From an uncultured Flavobacterium sp. (GTDB taxonomy: Bacteria > Bacteroidota > Bacteroidia > Flavobacteriales > Flavobacteriaceae), in contig CANROJ010000001.1 in NCBI GenBank assembly GCA_947632215.1, positions 4,406 to 68,405 of the forward strand: a stretch of DNA of 64,000 bases, written 5' to 3'. How positions within the stretch are numbered: position 1 is the stretch's first letter; each line of letters begins with the position of its first letter. Positions 20,532 through 30,501 of this stretch are shown here, piece by piece. A program made the position numbers and the translations under genes. The notes beneath the pieces are model-generated. The model did no database searches. It was not told the origin of the DNA and saw nothing but the letters and a program-made list of their open reading frames with translations.

Positions 20532-21113
20532 TTAATATAACTCGATAGCATTTTTATCTTTACCCCTCTTTTTATTCATACCATAATTATTAAGCTACTC
20601 TACATTAGCATCCATAAGTACTGCTTTATCTAAAATACCTGGCTCCACTAGAAGTTGATTCATACTATTACTAGAAATAGAACTTTTTAGCTGTATCCAC
20701 TGCTTTTTGGTGATTTGCTCCTCTTTCCTTGTATAATCAGCAATTCAATAATTGCCTTTTACATTTGCTTGATCTACTAATTCAAAATTAAAGAAACCAA
20801 CGCTATCTCTCGTTTTGACAACAAAACCTGGTGAATTCTTAAAATTTATCCGGATCATCTAACGCAGAAATCTCCTGGGTAAATCAAAACTTCCATATTC
20901 TACCACATAACACACCTTTAGCCTTTTGAATATTAAAGACATTAAAAACATCTCCTTCTTTGGTTAATTCCCATTCTACTAAATCAAGATCTTCTAATAC
21001 TTGGTAATTGCCAAGTTCAATCTTTTGAAATGTATGTAATCATTTGGTCTAAATCACACAGAAACAAAAACTAACAGAATAATGGACCTTTGAAAGAAAT
21101 TATATATTTTCAT
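20532..21113 (-). pseudogene. GLPGLI-family protein pseudogene
   Basis: Manual translation: signal peptide MKIYNFFQRSIILLVFVSV*, then EWELTKE..QKAKGVLCGRIWKF*FTQEISALDDPDKF, frameshifted (L)PGFVVKTRDS..FNFELV, C-terminus KNAIELY*; several stops, frameshifts and an internal deletion. Confidence 0.75.
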
Positions 21114-21136
21114 AACAAAATTATTTATAGTAATAT

Positions 21137-21826
21137 CAATAGCGCCCTAAATAAATTTAGAGCATAAGATATCCTCCCACTTTAGTAGGATACACGCTGG
21201 ATTTCGCTAAATATTAAAATATAACCTCTGCTGGATTTTTGGCGGGTTTTTCTACTTCATTTAGTGGATTGTATAGCTATTTTTGTAATGCAATCTTCAC
21301 AAACAGGTTTAGTCGTATAAAAGCAACTAAATTCGATAAATGCCAACCAAATTTGGACTGTGCACGTAGCGCTTTTAGTATTAAAATAGTGATAGGTGCT
21401 GTGCTAAACATTGCAGAAAAGTAAAATAATACTCTTTGAAAAGCTCATGAGTTCTGTTTTAATTTTGATAACTAACCCAGGTTTTAGAACAAGGTTTAGA
21501 AATACCTAGATGGTTTAATCTTGCTGTAGCACAGCGAAAGACCGTTGCTAATATCTCTAACTGAATTACTGCGCGAAAAATGGCACAATAGTATAGATAC
21601 TAAATAACACCAGCTATCAAAACCTTTCTTTAATGTATTTATCGGTCTGCTTCTCTTTTAGAGTTCTCTTGAATTTTGAGCGATCAAGTTTTGCTATTAT
21701 TTTGAGAAAATAATGTTATAATTGTCACTAAGAGAGTGATTTTTGGTACGCAACTTAAAAGTTAATTTGACAACCTTAATCTACTCTCTTTTTTGTGTTA
21801 TTATTTAAACGTTTAGGACGTTATTG
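21137..21826 (-). mobile_element. IS4-family (DUF4372-type) element, internally deleted, non-autonomous (copy 1)
   Basis: TIRs caatagcgccctaaa / tttaggacgttattg; keeps only the 5' and 3' parts of the transposase; homologous to 28956-30259. Confidence 0.88.
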
Positions 21827-22103
21827 ATTAATAATCTGGTAATAATTGGCTAGTTATTGTATGTCCTGCTCTTTATACTTTCAACCTATGATGATAGCTT
21901 TAGGGATTTTTTTAATGGAACATGTAATCACAGCGTCGTTTTCAAATATATCGATAAATACTAAATCTTGTATTTGTTGATCAGTCTCAAGGAAATTATT
22001 ATAGATACCACGAATTAAAATATTCTCACGTTCATTTTGACCTAAAAAATGCTCACTCTTTTAAAAAATATAAGACATTTTTTTATTCTATAATTTTCCT
22101 CAT
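21827..22103 (-). pseudogene. Decayed 5' gene fragment (possibly a GNAT acetyltransferase N-terminus) cut off by the IS end
   Basis: MRKIIE*KNVLYFLKE, then frameshift to HFLGQNERENILIRGIYNNFLE..LVFIDIFENDAVITCSIK..AIIIG*..LANYYQIIN, ending at the TIR; family call is from memory only. Confidence 0.35.
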
Positions 22104-22181
22104 TTACTTAAAGTTTTATTGTGTTCACACAGGTAACATCTAAATCTTAACAATTAACATCTACTATTGTTCACAGTAAAT

Positions 22182-22218
22182 AAAAAAGGTTGCCTTAAAA
22201 TATAAGACAACCTCTTTT
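22182..22218 (-). terminator. Terminator of the susC-susD-phosphoesterase operon
   Basis: Minus strand aaaagaggttgtctta...aaggcaacctttttt; stem with G-U pair and U run. Confidence 0.75.
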
Positions 22219-22251
22219 GGTTCTAAAGGATATACACTGAACTAAAATCCT

Positions 22252-23754
22252 TTAGGATCTATTAAACGTTTGGGTAAATACTTGACCGAAACGATCTACA
22301 ACTTCTACTTTAATTTCTTTAGCATCCTCACTTGGGTTAAACACAAACATGTGATCTGTTAAAGAAGGTTCTACCCATTTTCTACGCACAGGTAATTGCG
22401 GTCCACTATGTAATTCAACACTTAGAGGGTCTAAGGCTCTCACTTTAGTTAATGCGCCCATTTTGAGTCCGTCTTGGTAATAATGTGCTTTCCACTCAGG
22501 ATCCCAATTCCAGATATTAACTGCCCAATTCCCCATAAGGTTTTCTGCCTGAGAAGGCTCATAAACACGAAACTGAAAATCTTTATCTTGATCTGTTGCT
22601 TTATAATACCAGCTTAGTTCATTTCCTTTTACTTGGTATACTCCATAACCACTAGGAGTTCCATCCACGCAAATAGGCCCACTCCACCAAGCTCCACATA
22701 CCGTTCCATGACAATGTTCGAATATGTTTGGTTTTATTTGAATGTTCTCATTAAAGTGTGTATGTCCACTTAATATATGAGCATCATAATCGGCTAGAAT
22801 CTCATATAAATGCTCTCTATTGCTAACCATAGCGCCTAAAGAATTACTTTCAGGATTTCTTAAAAAATGTCCCGTATAAGAAGGAATATGCATCGCTAGG
22901 ATAACTAAACTTCCTGGTTTAACATATTGTAAATCTTGTACTAACCACTCTAATTGGTCTTCCGATAAATATCCAATATACTCTTTGCCCTTTCCTATAA
23001 AAAACACATCATCCATTACCACATAATGCGCCTTACCTTTATTAAAAGAATAATACGTTGGTCCGTACATATCCTCAAAGGTATTGGTAGAAGTCTCATC
23101 TGAACGCTTACCTAAATCCGCATCGTGGTTACCAAAAACCTGAAAAAATGGTATTTGGGTTTCTTGTATCCCTTTGTTATAAGAGGCAAATAAATCATGA
23201 CGATCCCAAACTAAATCTCCACATCCAATACCAAATATTTGGGGATCCAATTCTTTTGTAGTTTTTATTACATCAGGAATTGTTTGATCTAAAAACATTT
23301 GAGCTTCATCCGGCTTTTGAATCTGAGGGTCAGCTAGAACCACAAAACTATGATTATCATCCTTTTGCTTACTAGGGGTAAGTTCAAAGTTATAACTGCG
23401 ATTTGTCTTGGTTTTATCTAAAGTTAAAAACAAATTTGCACTACCATTATCTAACTGTGGAATTTGATAACCGCTAGGTAAACTAATAAATACAAATTCA
23501 CTTTTAGGATTTGCTTCAAAACTAAATTCTCCTTTCGCATTGGTTTGTATCACACTATACCCATCAGAAACACTTACTTGGTTTAATGGTTTACCTTTAC
23601 TAGTTACTTTTCCTTTCACTAAAATAGTACCAGAGTTTGATCCACCTTGTTGAGAATCTTCCATTGGAAAGCCTGTTGCACCTTGCACACCACTAACCGT
23701 TAGAGCTCCTACTCCAAGAGCCATATTCTTTATAAAATTACGTCTATTGTTCAT
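22252..23754 (-). CDS. Tat-exported calcineurin-like metallophosphoesterase with N- and C-terminal accessory domains
   Basis: Twin-arginine RRNFIK signal; ADPQ, GDLVWD, GNHD, MHIP, GHTH metal motifs; CGAWW, DGTPSGY. Confidence 0.9.
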   Translation of the reverse strand: MNNRRNFIKNMALGVGALTVSGVQGATGFPMEDSQQGGSNSGTILVKGKVTSKGKPLNQVSVSDGYSVIQTNAKGEFSFEANPKSEFVFISLPSGYQIPQLDNGSANLFLTLDKTKTNRSYNFELTPSKQKDDNHSFVVLADPQIQKPDEAQMFLDQTIPDVIKTTKELDPQIFGIGCGDLVWDRHDLFASYNKGIQETQIPFFQVFGNHDADLGKRSDETSTNTFEDMYGPTYYSFNKGKAHYVVMDDVFFIGKGKEYIGYLSEDQLEWLVQDLQYVKPGSLVILAMHIPSYTGHFLRNPESNSLGAMVSNREHLYEILADYDAHILSGHTHFNENIQIKPNIFEHCHGTVCGAWWSGPICVDGTPSGYGVYQVKGNELSWYYKATDQDKDFQFRVYEPSQAENLMGNWAVNIWNWDPEWKAHYYQDGLKMGALTKVRALDPLSVELHSGPQLPVRRKWVEPSLTDHMFVFNPSEDAKEIKVEVVDRFGQVFTQTFNRS

Positions 23755-23772
23755 TTTCGCTTTCTTTTTTAG

Positions 23773-25224
23773 TTAATTCTGCCACCAAGATTTATAATTG
23801 ATATTATCAGATCCCATCTTTTGAATTACTTTCTCGTAGTTAGTTTTGTTCTTTGTACGAACATCTAAAGGATATGGGAATCTACTTGGTAAATTTTGTC
23901 CATTACCCATTGCTTTTGTAACAGGTAGTTTAGGTAAACCTGTTCTTTTATATTCTAACCATTGTTGGTAATCGTTCATATACAGAGCGTAATATTTTTG
24001 CAGCATTATTTGCTCTAAAGTTCCATCATATTTCACAAGTGGGTTATTGAAATAATCTGCATCTATCTCTAAATCATAATAATCCATAGAAGCGTTAATT
24101 GCTTTATTGTAATATTCTTCTGCTCCTTGTAAGTATCCTTTTTGAGCTAACTCCACATGGATAAATAAAACTTCACTATAGGTTAATATTGCAGTCTTAG
24201 TACTTGGTTCAGCAATGATTCTATTTAAGTTAGATGCTTCATAATCGAATTGAGAATCTGGTCCATCATAAGCACTTGGAATACCTTTATATCCAATATC
24301 CACTCTTTCTCCATCAATTATCTTACTAGCTGTACCACTAAAGAAAGCTCTTCTTGGGTCGTTCATATCATTTAGATTATCTATAAAGAAAGCACCCATT
24401 TTCCTCCCATTATAGAAATCCTGTACCCTTGACCAAGGAGACACATTAGGTGAAATTCCTGTCATAAATAAAGTAGCCTCTTCTGCTATAGAATTAATGA
24501 TTGGGTATTTTTCTGGATTGGAAATCATACTAACCATTTTCTGGTAATTCTCAGGCATCTTATTAGTGGTACGAAGCAGTAAACGTAAATGTAAACTGTT
24601 GGTAAACTTCTGCCATTTCTTAGAGTCGTTTTCAAATAAAATATCAGGGTAGTAAACATTTGCTCTTGTATGATCATATAAACTGTTAGCTTGTTCTAAT
24701 AAAGCTAACAAGTCCATATAAACATCTTTTTGGTCATCAAAAACAGGATATAAAATCCCTTGATCTCCTTTGGAAGCTTCAAAGTAAGGTATATCTCCAA
24801 AAATATCCACTAAACTAGCACTCATCCAAACTTTTAAAGTAATTGCAATGGCTTGGTAGTTCACTTCATTAACTTCAATAGCAGATTGTTCCATTAACTG
24901 AGCGTTTTTTAAATACTTGTAATAAGTATTCCACGCTGCAGAACCTATATTGTCACTTAAATGGTAATGTTGAATACTGGTGGCTGTCGGGTTAGCTGGG
25001 AAATTAATAGTGTTTTGCATTAAAAGACTAGTATGTTGCCAACTGCGATACATATTATTGCTAGCTACCGTGTAAATCATCGGGTTTAATAAAGTAGCTG
25101 GGCTTATTTCCTGTAAACGGTTTGGGTCATGATTAGTAGATTCAAAATCATTGGTGCAACTAGTACTAAATACTCCTGCCAGCAAAGCTAAACTTGCTAC
25201 TAATGTGCTTGTTATTCTTTTCAT
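23773..25224 (-). CDS. SusD/RagB-family nutrient-binding outer-membrane lipoprotein
   Basis: Lipobox FSTSC, FGDIPYFEA, WQKFTNSLHLRLL, QWLEYKRTG, PSRFPYP. Confidence 0.92.
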   Translation of the reverse strand: MKRITSTLVASLALLAGVFSTSCTNDFESTNHDPNRLQEISPATLLNPMIYTVASNNMYRSWQHTSLLMQNTINFPANPTATSIQHYHLSDNIGSAAWNTYYKYLKNAQLMEQSAIEVNEVNYQAIAITLKVWMSASLVDIFGDIPYFEASKGDQGILYPVFDDQKDVYMDLLALLEQANSLYDHTRANVYYPDILFENDSKKWQKFTNSLHLRLLLRTTNKMPENYQKMVSMISNPEKYPIINSIAEEATLFMTGISPNVSPWSRVQDFYNGRKMGAFFIDNLNDMNDPRRAFFSGTASKIIDGERVDIGYKGIPSAYDGPDSQFDYEASNLNRIIAEPSTKTAILTYSEVLFIHVELAQKGYLQGAEEYYNKAINASMDYYDLEIDADYFNNPLVKYDGTLEQIMLQKYYALYMNDYQQWLEYKRTGLPKLPVTKAMGNGQNLPSRFPYPLDVRTKNKTNYEKVIQKMGSDNINYKSWWQN

Positions 25225-25229
25225 CTGTA

Positions 25230-28200
25230 TTAAAATTCTAATTTTATATTAAATCCATAGGTTGCTGGAGAAGGCATTTGCCCCATCTCTACTCCAGGCA
25301 TCATTGAACTCCCATTTAAAGCAGCGGTTTCAGGGTCAAAAATAGGGAAGCTACTAAGGGTTAATAGATTACGTCCATACACAGAAACTAGTAAGCGCTC
25401 TAATCCCATTTTATTAATTATTTTCTTTGGAAAACTATATTCTACACTGATATCACGTAGTTTGATGTAGGAAGCGTCAAAACTGTTAGATTCAAGATTT
25501 GCTCTTCTGTAGTAGGATTTATAATAATCGGCCGGAGCTACCTTTGTAGTATTTGGACTATACGTTCCATCTGTATTAGCCACCACACCATCTCCGATAA
25601 TATAACCTTGTTCACGTCCATATAAAGTGTGACCTAACTTTCCTTGCTCGGACATTTTGTGGTGCGTTTGAGAGTATACAATTCCACCATAAGAACCATC
25701 AATAGTCATACGAAGAGTTAAGTTTTTATATTTAAAAGTATTCACCCATCCTGCAGTCCAATCTGCATAAGCACTACCGATGTACTCAATATCGGTTGAG
25801 GCTACTGGAAGTCCGTTTTCTTCATAAATAACCTCTCCTAATTCATTTCGCTTAAACTTAGCTCCATAAATATCTCCGGTTGTCCCTCCAACTTTACCAA
25901 TAATTTGGGCATTCCCACTAGTGGCAAGTACTTGTTGATCTCCTCCTTCAAATTCCTTAGCTAAGGATAAAATTTGATTTTTATTGGTAGCCCAGTTTAA
26001 AATCATATCCCAAGAGAAGTCTTGTGTTTTAACTGGGGTTACGTTAAGCACTAGCTCAATACCTTTGTTTTCAACCTTTCCTGCATTCATAATAGAGTTT
26101 GCAAAACCTGTAGCGTAATTAAGAGGCACTACAATAATTTGGTCCTTAGAAAGTGTTTTATATAAAGAAACCTCTAGTCCTAATCTATTTTTAAACATTT
26201 TATGTTCATATCCTACTTCGTAACTAGTAGTTGTCTCTGGTTTTAGGTTCTTTGCTGGAAGTCTAGTAGGAGCTGTAGCACTACTACCAAATTCACTATT
26301 GTTATAATATAAAGCTGTTTGATAAGGATCTGTACCATTACCTACTCTAGCAAAAGAAAACCTCAACTTAGAATAATCAATAACACTCCCCATATTTAGC
26401 ATATCGCTTAATATTAAACTGGTATTTACCGAAGGATACATAAATGACCAATTGTCTTTCTCTAAAGTACTAGACCAGTCGTTACGTAATGTTGCATCAA
26501 CGAATACCATATTTTTATATCCAAAAGATGCCATTCCATATACAGAATTAACCTTCTTGTTTCTATCTTCAACCACCGTATAAGGCTTATCTATTCCATT
26601 GGCAAGCATATATACTCCAGGGGTAACTAACCCAGTTACAGAAGCTCTTACACTATGCCATCTACTATCTAACATGTTGGCACCTACAGAGGCACTATAG
26701 CTGAAATTCTCTTTGGTATCTTCGTTAAAGGTTAATAGGAAATCAGTGTTGATTTCTTGGAAGTTAATTTGTGTAGTAGAAAAAGACCCTCTACCAAACT
26801 TAGATGTATTGTAAGGTCTTCTTTCTTCGCGTTTATCATTACGACTATTTAAAGTCCCCCTAAGCATTAAGGTTAATTTAGGTGCGATTTCTATATCCGT
26901 AGAAAGTGCTCCATTTATAGTATTTGCATCCACCGAATTCGTGGTCTCGTATGCAATTAAATAAGGATTTTCTATATAAGAACTAAAAGGGTGAATTTGT
27001 TGAGTTTGATTATACCCTTGTTTCCAAATTGGTCGGTACCAATCTAAATCCACGTTAGGATTTTGGAAGATCATAAAGTAACCAATAGTATGGTTTCCAT
27101 ATCCTGTTCCAGGTAAGTTATCACTACTTCTATTAGAATAACTAATACTAGTATTAACTACTACTCCTTTAGAAATCTCATAATTCCCTTTGGTAGACAC
27201 AGTGGTGCGGTCAAAACCAGTATTAGGCATTATCCAATCATTCTTACTCTTAGAGATAGTTGCTCTAACACTTCCTTTTTCATTACCTCCTGAAAGTCCT
27301 ACTGTATTTGTAGTAGTTACCCCAGTTCTCCAGAAATCTTTAATATTATTTTTATAAGGTTTCCATAATGTTGGAGCGCTTCCTTGAGCTTCGGTTACTG
27401 GATCGTACTGGTAAAACTCTTGTCCTTCAAATTTAGGTCCAAAAGCACTACTGGTACTTCCTGTATTTCCTCCATGCTCGGAAATACCATACGAGTAGTA
27501 TGGATTTCCGTCTTTATCAAAACTTTTTCCTGCACCTTGACCATATTCATACTGGTAATCTGGCCATTTTTGAATTACATCGAAACTAACATTCGAGCTA
27601 AAACTAATTCCAAGACCGTTGCTGTTTCTCTTTCCTGATTTGGTGGTAATCATCAAAACCCCGTTACTTGCTCTAGATCCGTATAAAGCAGCTGCACCAG
27701 CTCCCTTTAAAACAGATATACTTTCAATATCGTCTGGATTTAAATCCGCAATTCCGTTTCCATAATCTACCGGGGCATCTACTCCGATATAAGAATTATC
27801 TGATCCGTTACCCCATAAATCTCCTCCAACGATAATGCCGTCCACAACAACAAGTGCACCATTGGCGCTTAAATTAATCGAACGATCTCCTCGTAGTTTT
27901 AAAATTGAAGAGTTCATTGGTCCAGAATTGGAAGAAATAACAGTAAGACCTGCAACTTTACCTTTTAATTCGTCCGACCAGTTATTAGATCTTGCATTGT
28001 CATACTCGTCAGCTGTAATAGTTTGTTGAGAGAAACCTAATTGCTTCTGCTCTCGCTTTATTCCTAAAGCTGTTACTACTACCTCTTCTAACAGGCTATG
28101 CTCAAGCTCCATCTGTACTTTTATTTCTTTACCTAAAGTAGCTTGTACTTGCTGGGGTTTTAATCCCATAAAAGAAACATTTAATGTATATTGATCAGCA

Positions 28201-28472
28201 ACAGTTTTTGTTCTAATCTCAAAATAACCTTGCATATCGGTTAAGGCTGTAATGGGTTCTGATTGTAACTCCACTAAAGCACCAGGTAGGCCTTCTCCAA
28301 ACTCATCTAACACGATTCCTTTTAGAATAGTGGTTTGGTCCTGTGTAACGCCTAAAACATTCTTCGATGCATCGTTTTGGTTTTCACTGCTATTACCAGC
28401 CTTGGCAGAGGCACCTGCTAAGATAAAACTTAAACATACTAAAGAAATGTAACTCGGTTTGATTGGTTTCAT
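25230..28472 (-). CDS. SusC/RagA-family TonB-dependent transporter
   Basis: EVVVTALGIKRE, DIESISVLKGAGAAALYGSRASNGVLMITTKSG plug signature, RNDWSSTL, C-terminal GFNIKLEF. Confidence 0.96.
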   Translation of the reverse strand: MKPIKPSYISLVCLSFILAGASAKAGNSSENQNDASKNVLGVTQDQTTILKGIVLDEFGEGLPGALVELQSEPITALTDMQGYFEIRTKTVADQYTLNVSFMGLKPQQVQATLGKEIKVQMELEHSLLEEVVVTALGIKREQKQLGFSQQTITADEYDNARSNNWSDELKGKVAGLTVISSNSGPMNSSILKLRGDRSINLSANGALVVVDGIIVGGDLWGNGSDNSYIGVDAPVDYGNGIADLNPDDIESISVLKGAGAAALYGSRASNGVLMITTKSGKRNSNGLGISFSSNVSFDVIQKWPDYQYEYGQGAGKSFDKDGNPYYSYGISEHGGNTGSTSSAFGPKFEGQEFYQYDPVTEAQGSAPTLWKPYKNNIKDFWRTGVTTTNTVGLSGGNEKGSVRATISKSKNDWIMPNTGFDRTTVSTKGNYEISKGVVVNTSISYSNRSSDNLPGTGYGNHTIGYFMIFQNPNVDLDWYRPIWKQGYNQTQQIHPFSSYIENPYLIAYETTNSVDANTINGALSTDIEIAPKLTLMLRGTLNSRNDKREERRPYNTSKFGRGSFSTTQINFQEINTDFLLTFNEDTKENFSYSASVGANMLDSRWHSVRASVTGLVTPGVYMLANGIDKPYTVVEDRNKKVNSVYGMASFGYKNMVFVDATLRNDWSSTLEKDNWSFMYPSVNTSLILSDMLNMGSVIDYSKLRFSFARVGNGTDPYQTALYYNNSEFGSSATAPTRLPAKNLKPETTTSYEVGYEHKMFKNRLGLEVSLYKTLSKDQIIVVPLNYATGFANSIMNAGKVENKGIELVLNVTPVKTQDFSWDMILNWATNKNQILSLAKEFEGGDQQVLATSGNAQIIGKVGGTTGDIYGAKFKRNELGEVIYEENGLPVASTDIEYIGSAYADWTAGWVNTFKYKNLTLRMTIDGSYGGIVYSQTHHKMSEQGKLGHTLYGREQGYIIGDGVVANTDGTYSPNTTKVAPADYYKSYYRRANLESNSFDASYIKLRDISVEYSFPKKIINKMGLERLLVSVYGRNLLTLSSFPIFDPETAALNGSSMMPGVEMGQMPSPATYGFNIKLEF

Positions 28473-28802
28473 AATTACTCTAAGGGTTAATACTATTTGT
28501 ATTTATTATTTATGCAAATCAAGAAAAAATAAATGCAAACAATACTCTTTGAAAATTACCTTTACAATAAGTAAATAACACCAGAATATTAACGCAACCC
28601 CCGTATTTAAAAGGTTTTCACTAGATAAAACACTTAACCCAACCACTAATTTACCTTCAAAAACAGCTGTTTTATTATAAAGTATTTTGAAGAATATCTA
28701 TCAAAATATAAACGAGTAAAAGACACTACATAAACTATTTAGGTAAATCTATTAACCAAGAAACTGTTATTTTAAAAGTAGAAGCAAGAACTTATAAAAT
28801 GC

Positions 28803-28833
28803 AGCAAAGGGCATCTATAGGATGCCCTTTGCT
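28803..28833. terminator. Orphan strong hairpin, probably the terminator of a truncated gene
   Basis: agcaaagggcatc-tatag-gatgccctttgct perfect 13-bp stem. Confidence 0.7.
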
Positions 28834-28849
28834 TAGTATTAACAATACG

Positions 28850-28954
28850 TTAACTTAATACAAGTTGTACTCCTATGTAAAGTATACGTTGTGAAAATGA
28901 ATCGGCAATAACATCGTTTATGGCATTACTGTTAACAGTAGTGATTATTTTTAT
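28850..28954 (-). pseudogene. 3' end of a gene truncated by the IS (possible outer-membrane beta-barrel C-terminus)
   Basis: 34 sense codons IKIITTVNSNAINDVIADSFSQRILYIGVQLVLS* run from the TIR to a stop just before the 28803 hairpin. Confidence 0.3.
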
Positions 28955-28955
28955 C

Positions 28956-30259
28956 CAATAGCGTCCTAAATAAATTTAGGCCATAAGATATCCTCCCACT
29001 CTAGTAGGATACAAGCTGTATTTCGTTAAATATTAAAATAGAATCCCCTGTTGGGGTTTTGGTGGTGGTTTTTCTACTTTATTTAGTGGATTATTTAGCC
29101 ATTTTTATAATTCAATCTTCACAAACAGGTTTATTTGTATAAAAGCACCTAAATTCGATAGATGTCAACCAAATTTGGACTGTGCTCGTACCCCTTATAG
29201 TATTAAAATAGTGATAAGTGCTGTCCATATTTGGATTATCCTAGCATTATGTGAAGTCCCAACAAAGGATTTTATGTGTAGAAGTTCTTTAAGATCTTTA
29301 AAGAATATCTACACCATTGATCTACTTTTATACAGCTCACTAATTGTATTAGTAGTCCAAGTAAATTGGTTGGTAATTAATTCAATGACTTACTGGTTCT
29401 TAGGGTCCCACACAGCTACTGATCTATTAAAACGTGATAATGCCTGTTTTTCGGTAATTCTAACTCGTTAATCGTTTCAAATTTCAAGTTGCCTTTACCT
29501 CTAATTACAAAGCGTACTTGTTTACTCTCCTAAAGGTTTAACAAGCTAAAATCATTGTAAAAACGATCAGCAACAATAACGCTACCTTTTAGTAAAGGTA
29601 TATCGCAAGGGCCTTTATTATTAGCTGTTATACCATCTGTTATGTGGATATAAGCTGGTAGAAGCCCATCAAAATCAAGTAAAACACCCATTTTAACAGC
29701 TCCTTTGTTAGTCTTGCATTTACCCCAATCAAAGATACTTAACCATAGAGATATTGTGGTGGAGTCATGAAGTAAAATTTTGGATTTGATACGAAGCTTT
29801 ATCTGCTTAAATTTTTTTTTTGGGGAGGGAGGGCTGTCCTAAAGATTGAAGTTAAGTAAAATAATACTCTTTGAAAAGCTCATGAGTTCTGTTTTAATTT
29901 TGATAACTAACCCAGGTTTTAGAACAAGGTTTAGAAATACCTAGATGGTTTAATCTTGCTGTAGCACAGCGAAAGACCGTTGCTAATATCTCTAACTGAA
30001 TTACTGCGCGCCAAATGGCACAATAGCATAGATACTAAATGACTTGTAGCTATCAAAACCTTTATTGTGTTTATCGGTCTGCTTCTCTTTTTAGAATCCT
30101 CTTGAATTTTGAGCGATCAATTTTTGCAATTATTTTGAGAAAACAATGTTATAATTGTCATTAAGAGACTGATTTTTGGTACGCAACTTAAAAGATAATT
30201 TGAAATCCTTAATCTACTCTCTTTTTTTGTGTCTTTTTTAAACGTTTAGGACCCTATTG
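28956..30259 (-). mobile_element. IS4-family (DUF4372-type) element, near full length but decayed (copy 2)
   Basis: TIRs caatagcgtcctaaa / tttaggaccctattg; contains a transposase pseudogene. Confidence 0.92.
29033..30161 (-). pseudogene. IS4-family DDE transposase pseudogene
   Basis: Manual translation: MTIITLFSQ..HLVSMLLCHLA.SNSVRDISNG..DSTTISL..FDW..KGAVK..VADRFYNDF..ELITN..ELYKSR..IFFKDLK..IKSFVGTS.NA..IQIWTALI; many stops and frameshifts. Confidence 0.92.
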
Positions 30260-30444
30260 ATTAAAGATCACTTAAAGCCTCAAATAGATATATTATATAA
30301 TAAATTACTACCGCCATAGCCCTGCCCAATCTAGATCAATAAACTTAAATCATTAGAGCTACTTTATTACAAACTTTTAGTAATTCATTAGCAATATCCA
30401 ACACACTAAAGACATACTGTATAAATTACTTCTTTATCTTAAAC

Positions 30445-30479
30445 AAAAAAACCGTCCCTATTAAAGGAACGGTTCTTTT
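30445..30479 (-). terminator. Terminator after sucD
   Basis: aaaaaaaccgtccc-tattaaa-ggaacggttctttt imperfect stem with U run on the minus strand. Confidence 0.7.
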
Positions 30480-30501
30480 GTTATGTAAAAACAAGTTAGG
30501 A

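Noticed and set aside
21239-21424. 61-aa plus-strand ORF (and the 98-aa ORF at 29175-29471)
   Set aside because: Both are antisense shadows of the decayed IS4 transposase on the minus strand
28543-28555. aatactctttgaaaa upstream of susC also occurs in both IS copies
   Set aside because: A short AT-rich match inside transposase coding sequence; most likely chance
28550-28660. Loose taac/ttac repeats upstream of susC as a possible Pho-box-like site
   Set aside because: Spacing is about 14 nt, not 11, and the matches are too degenerate to support
21125-30272. Search for target-site duplications around each IS and around the whole composite
   Set aside because: Flanks do not match (tagtaatat vs attaataatc or attaaagatc); the shared attaa after both right ends leaves the exact end uncertain by a few bases
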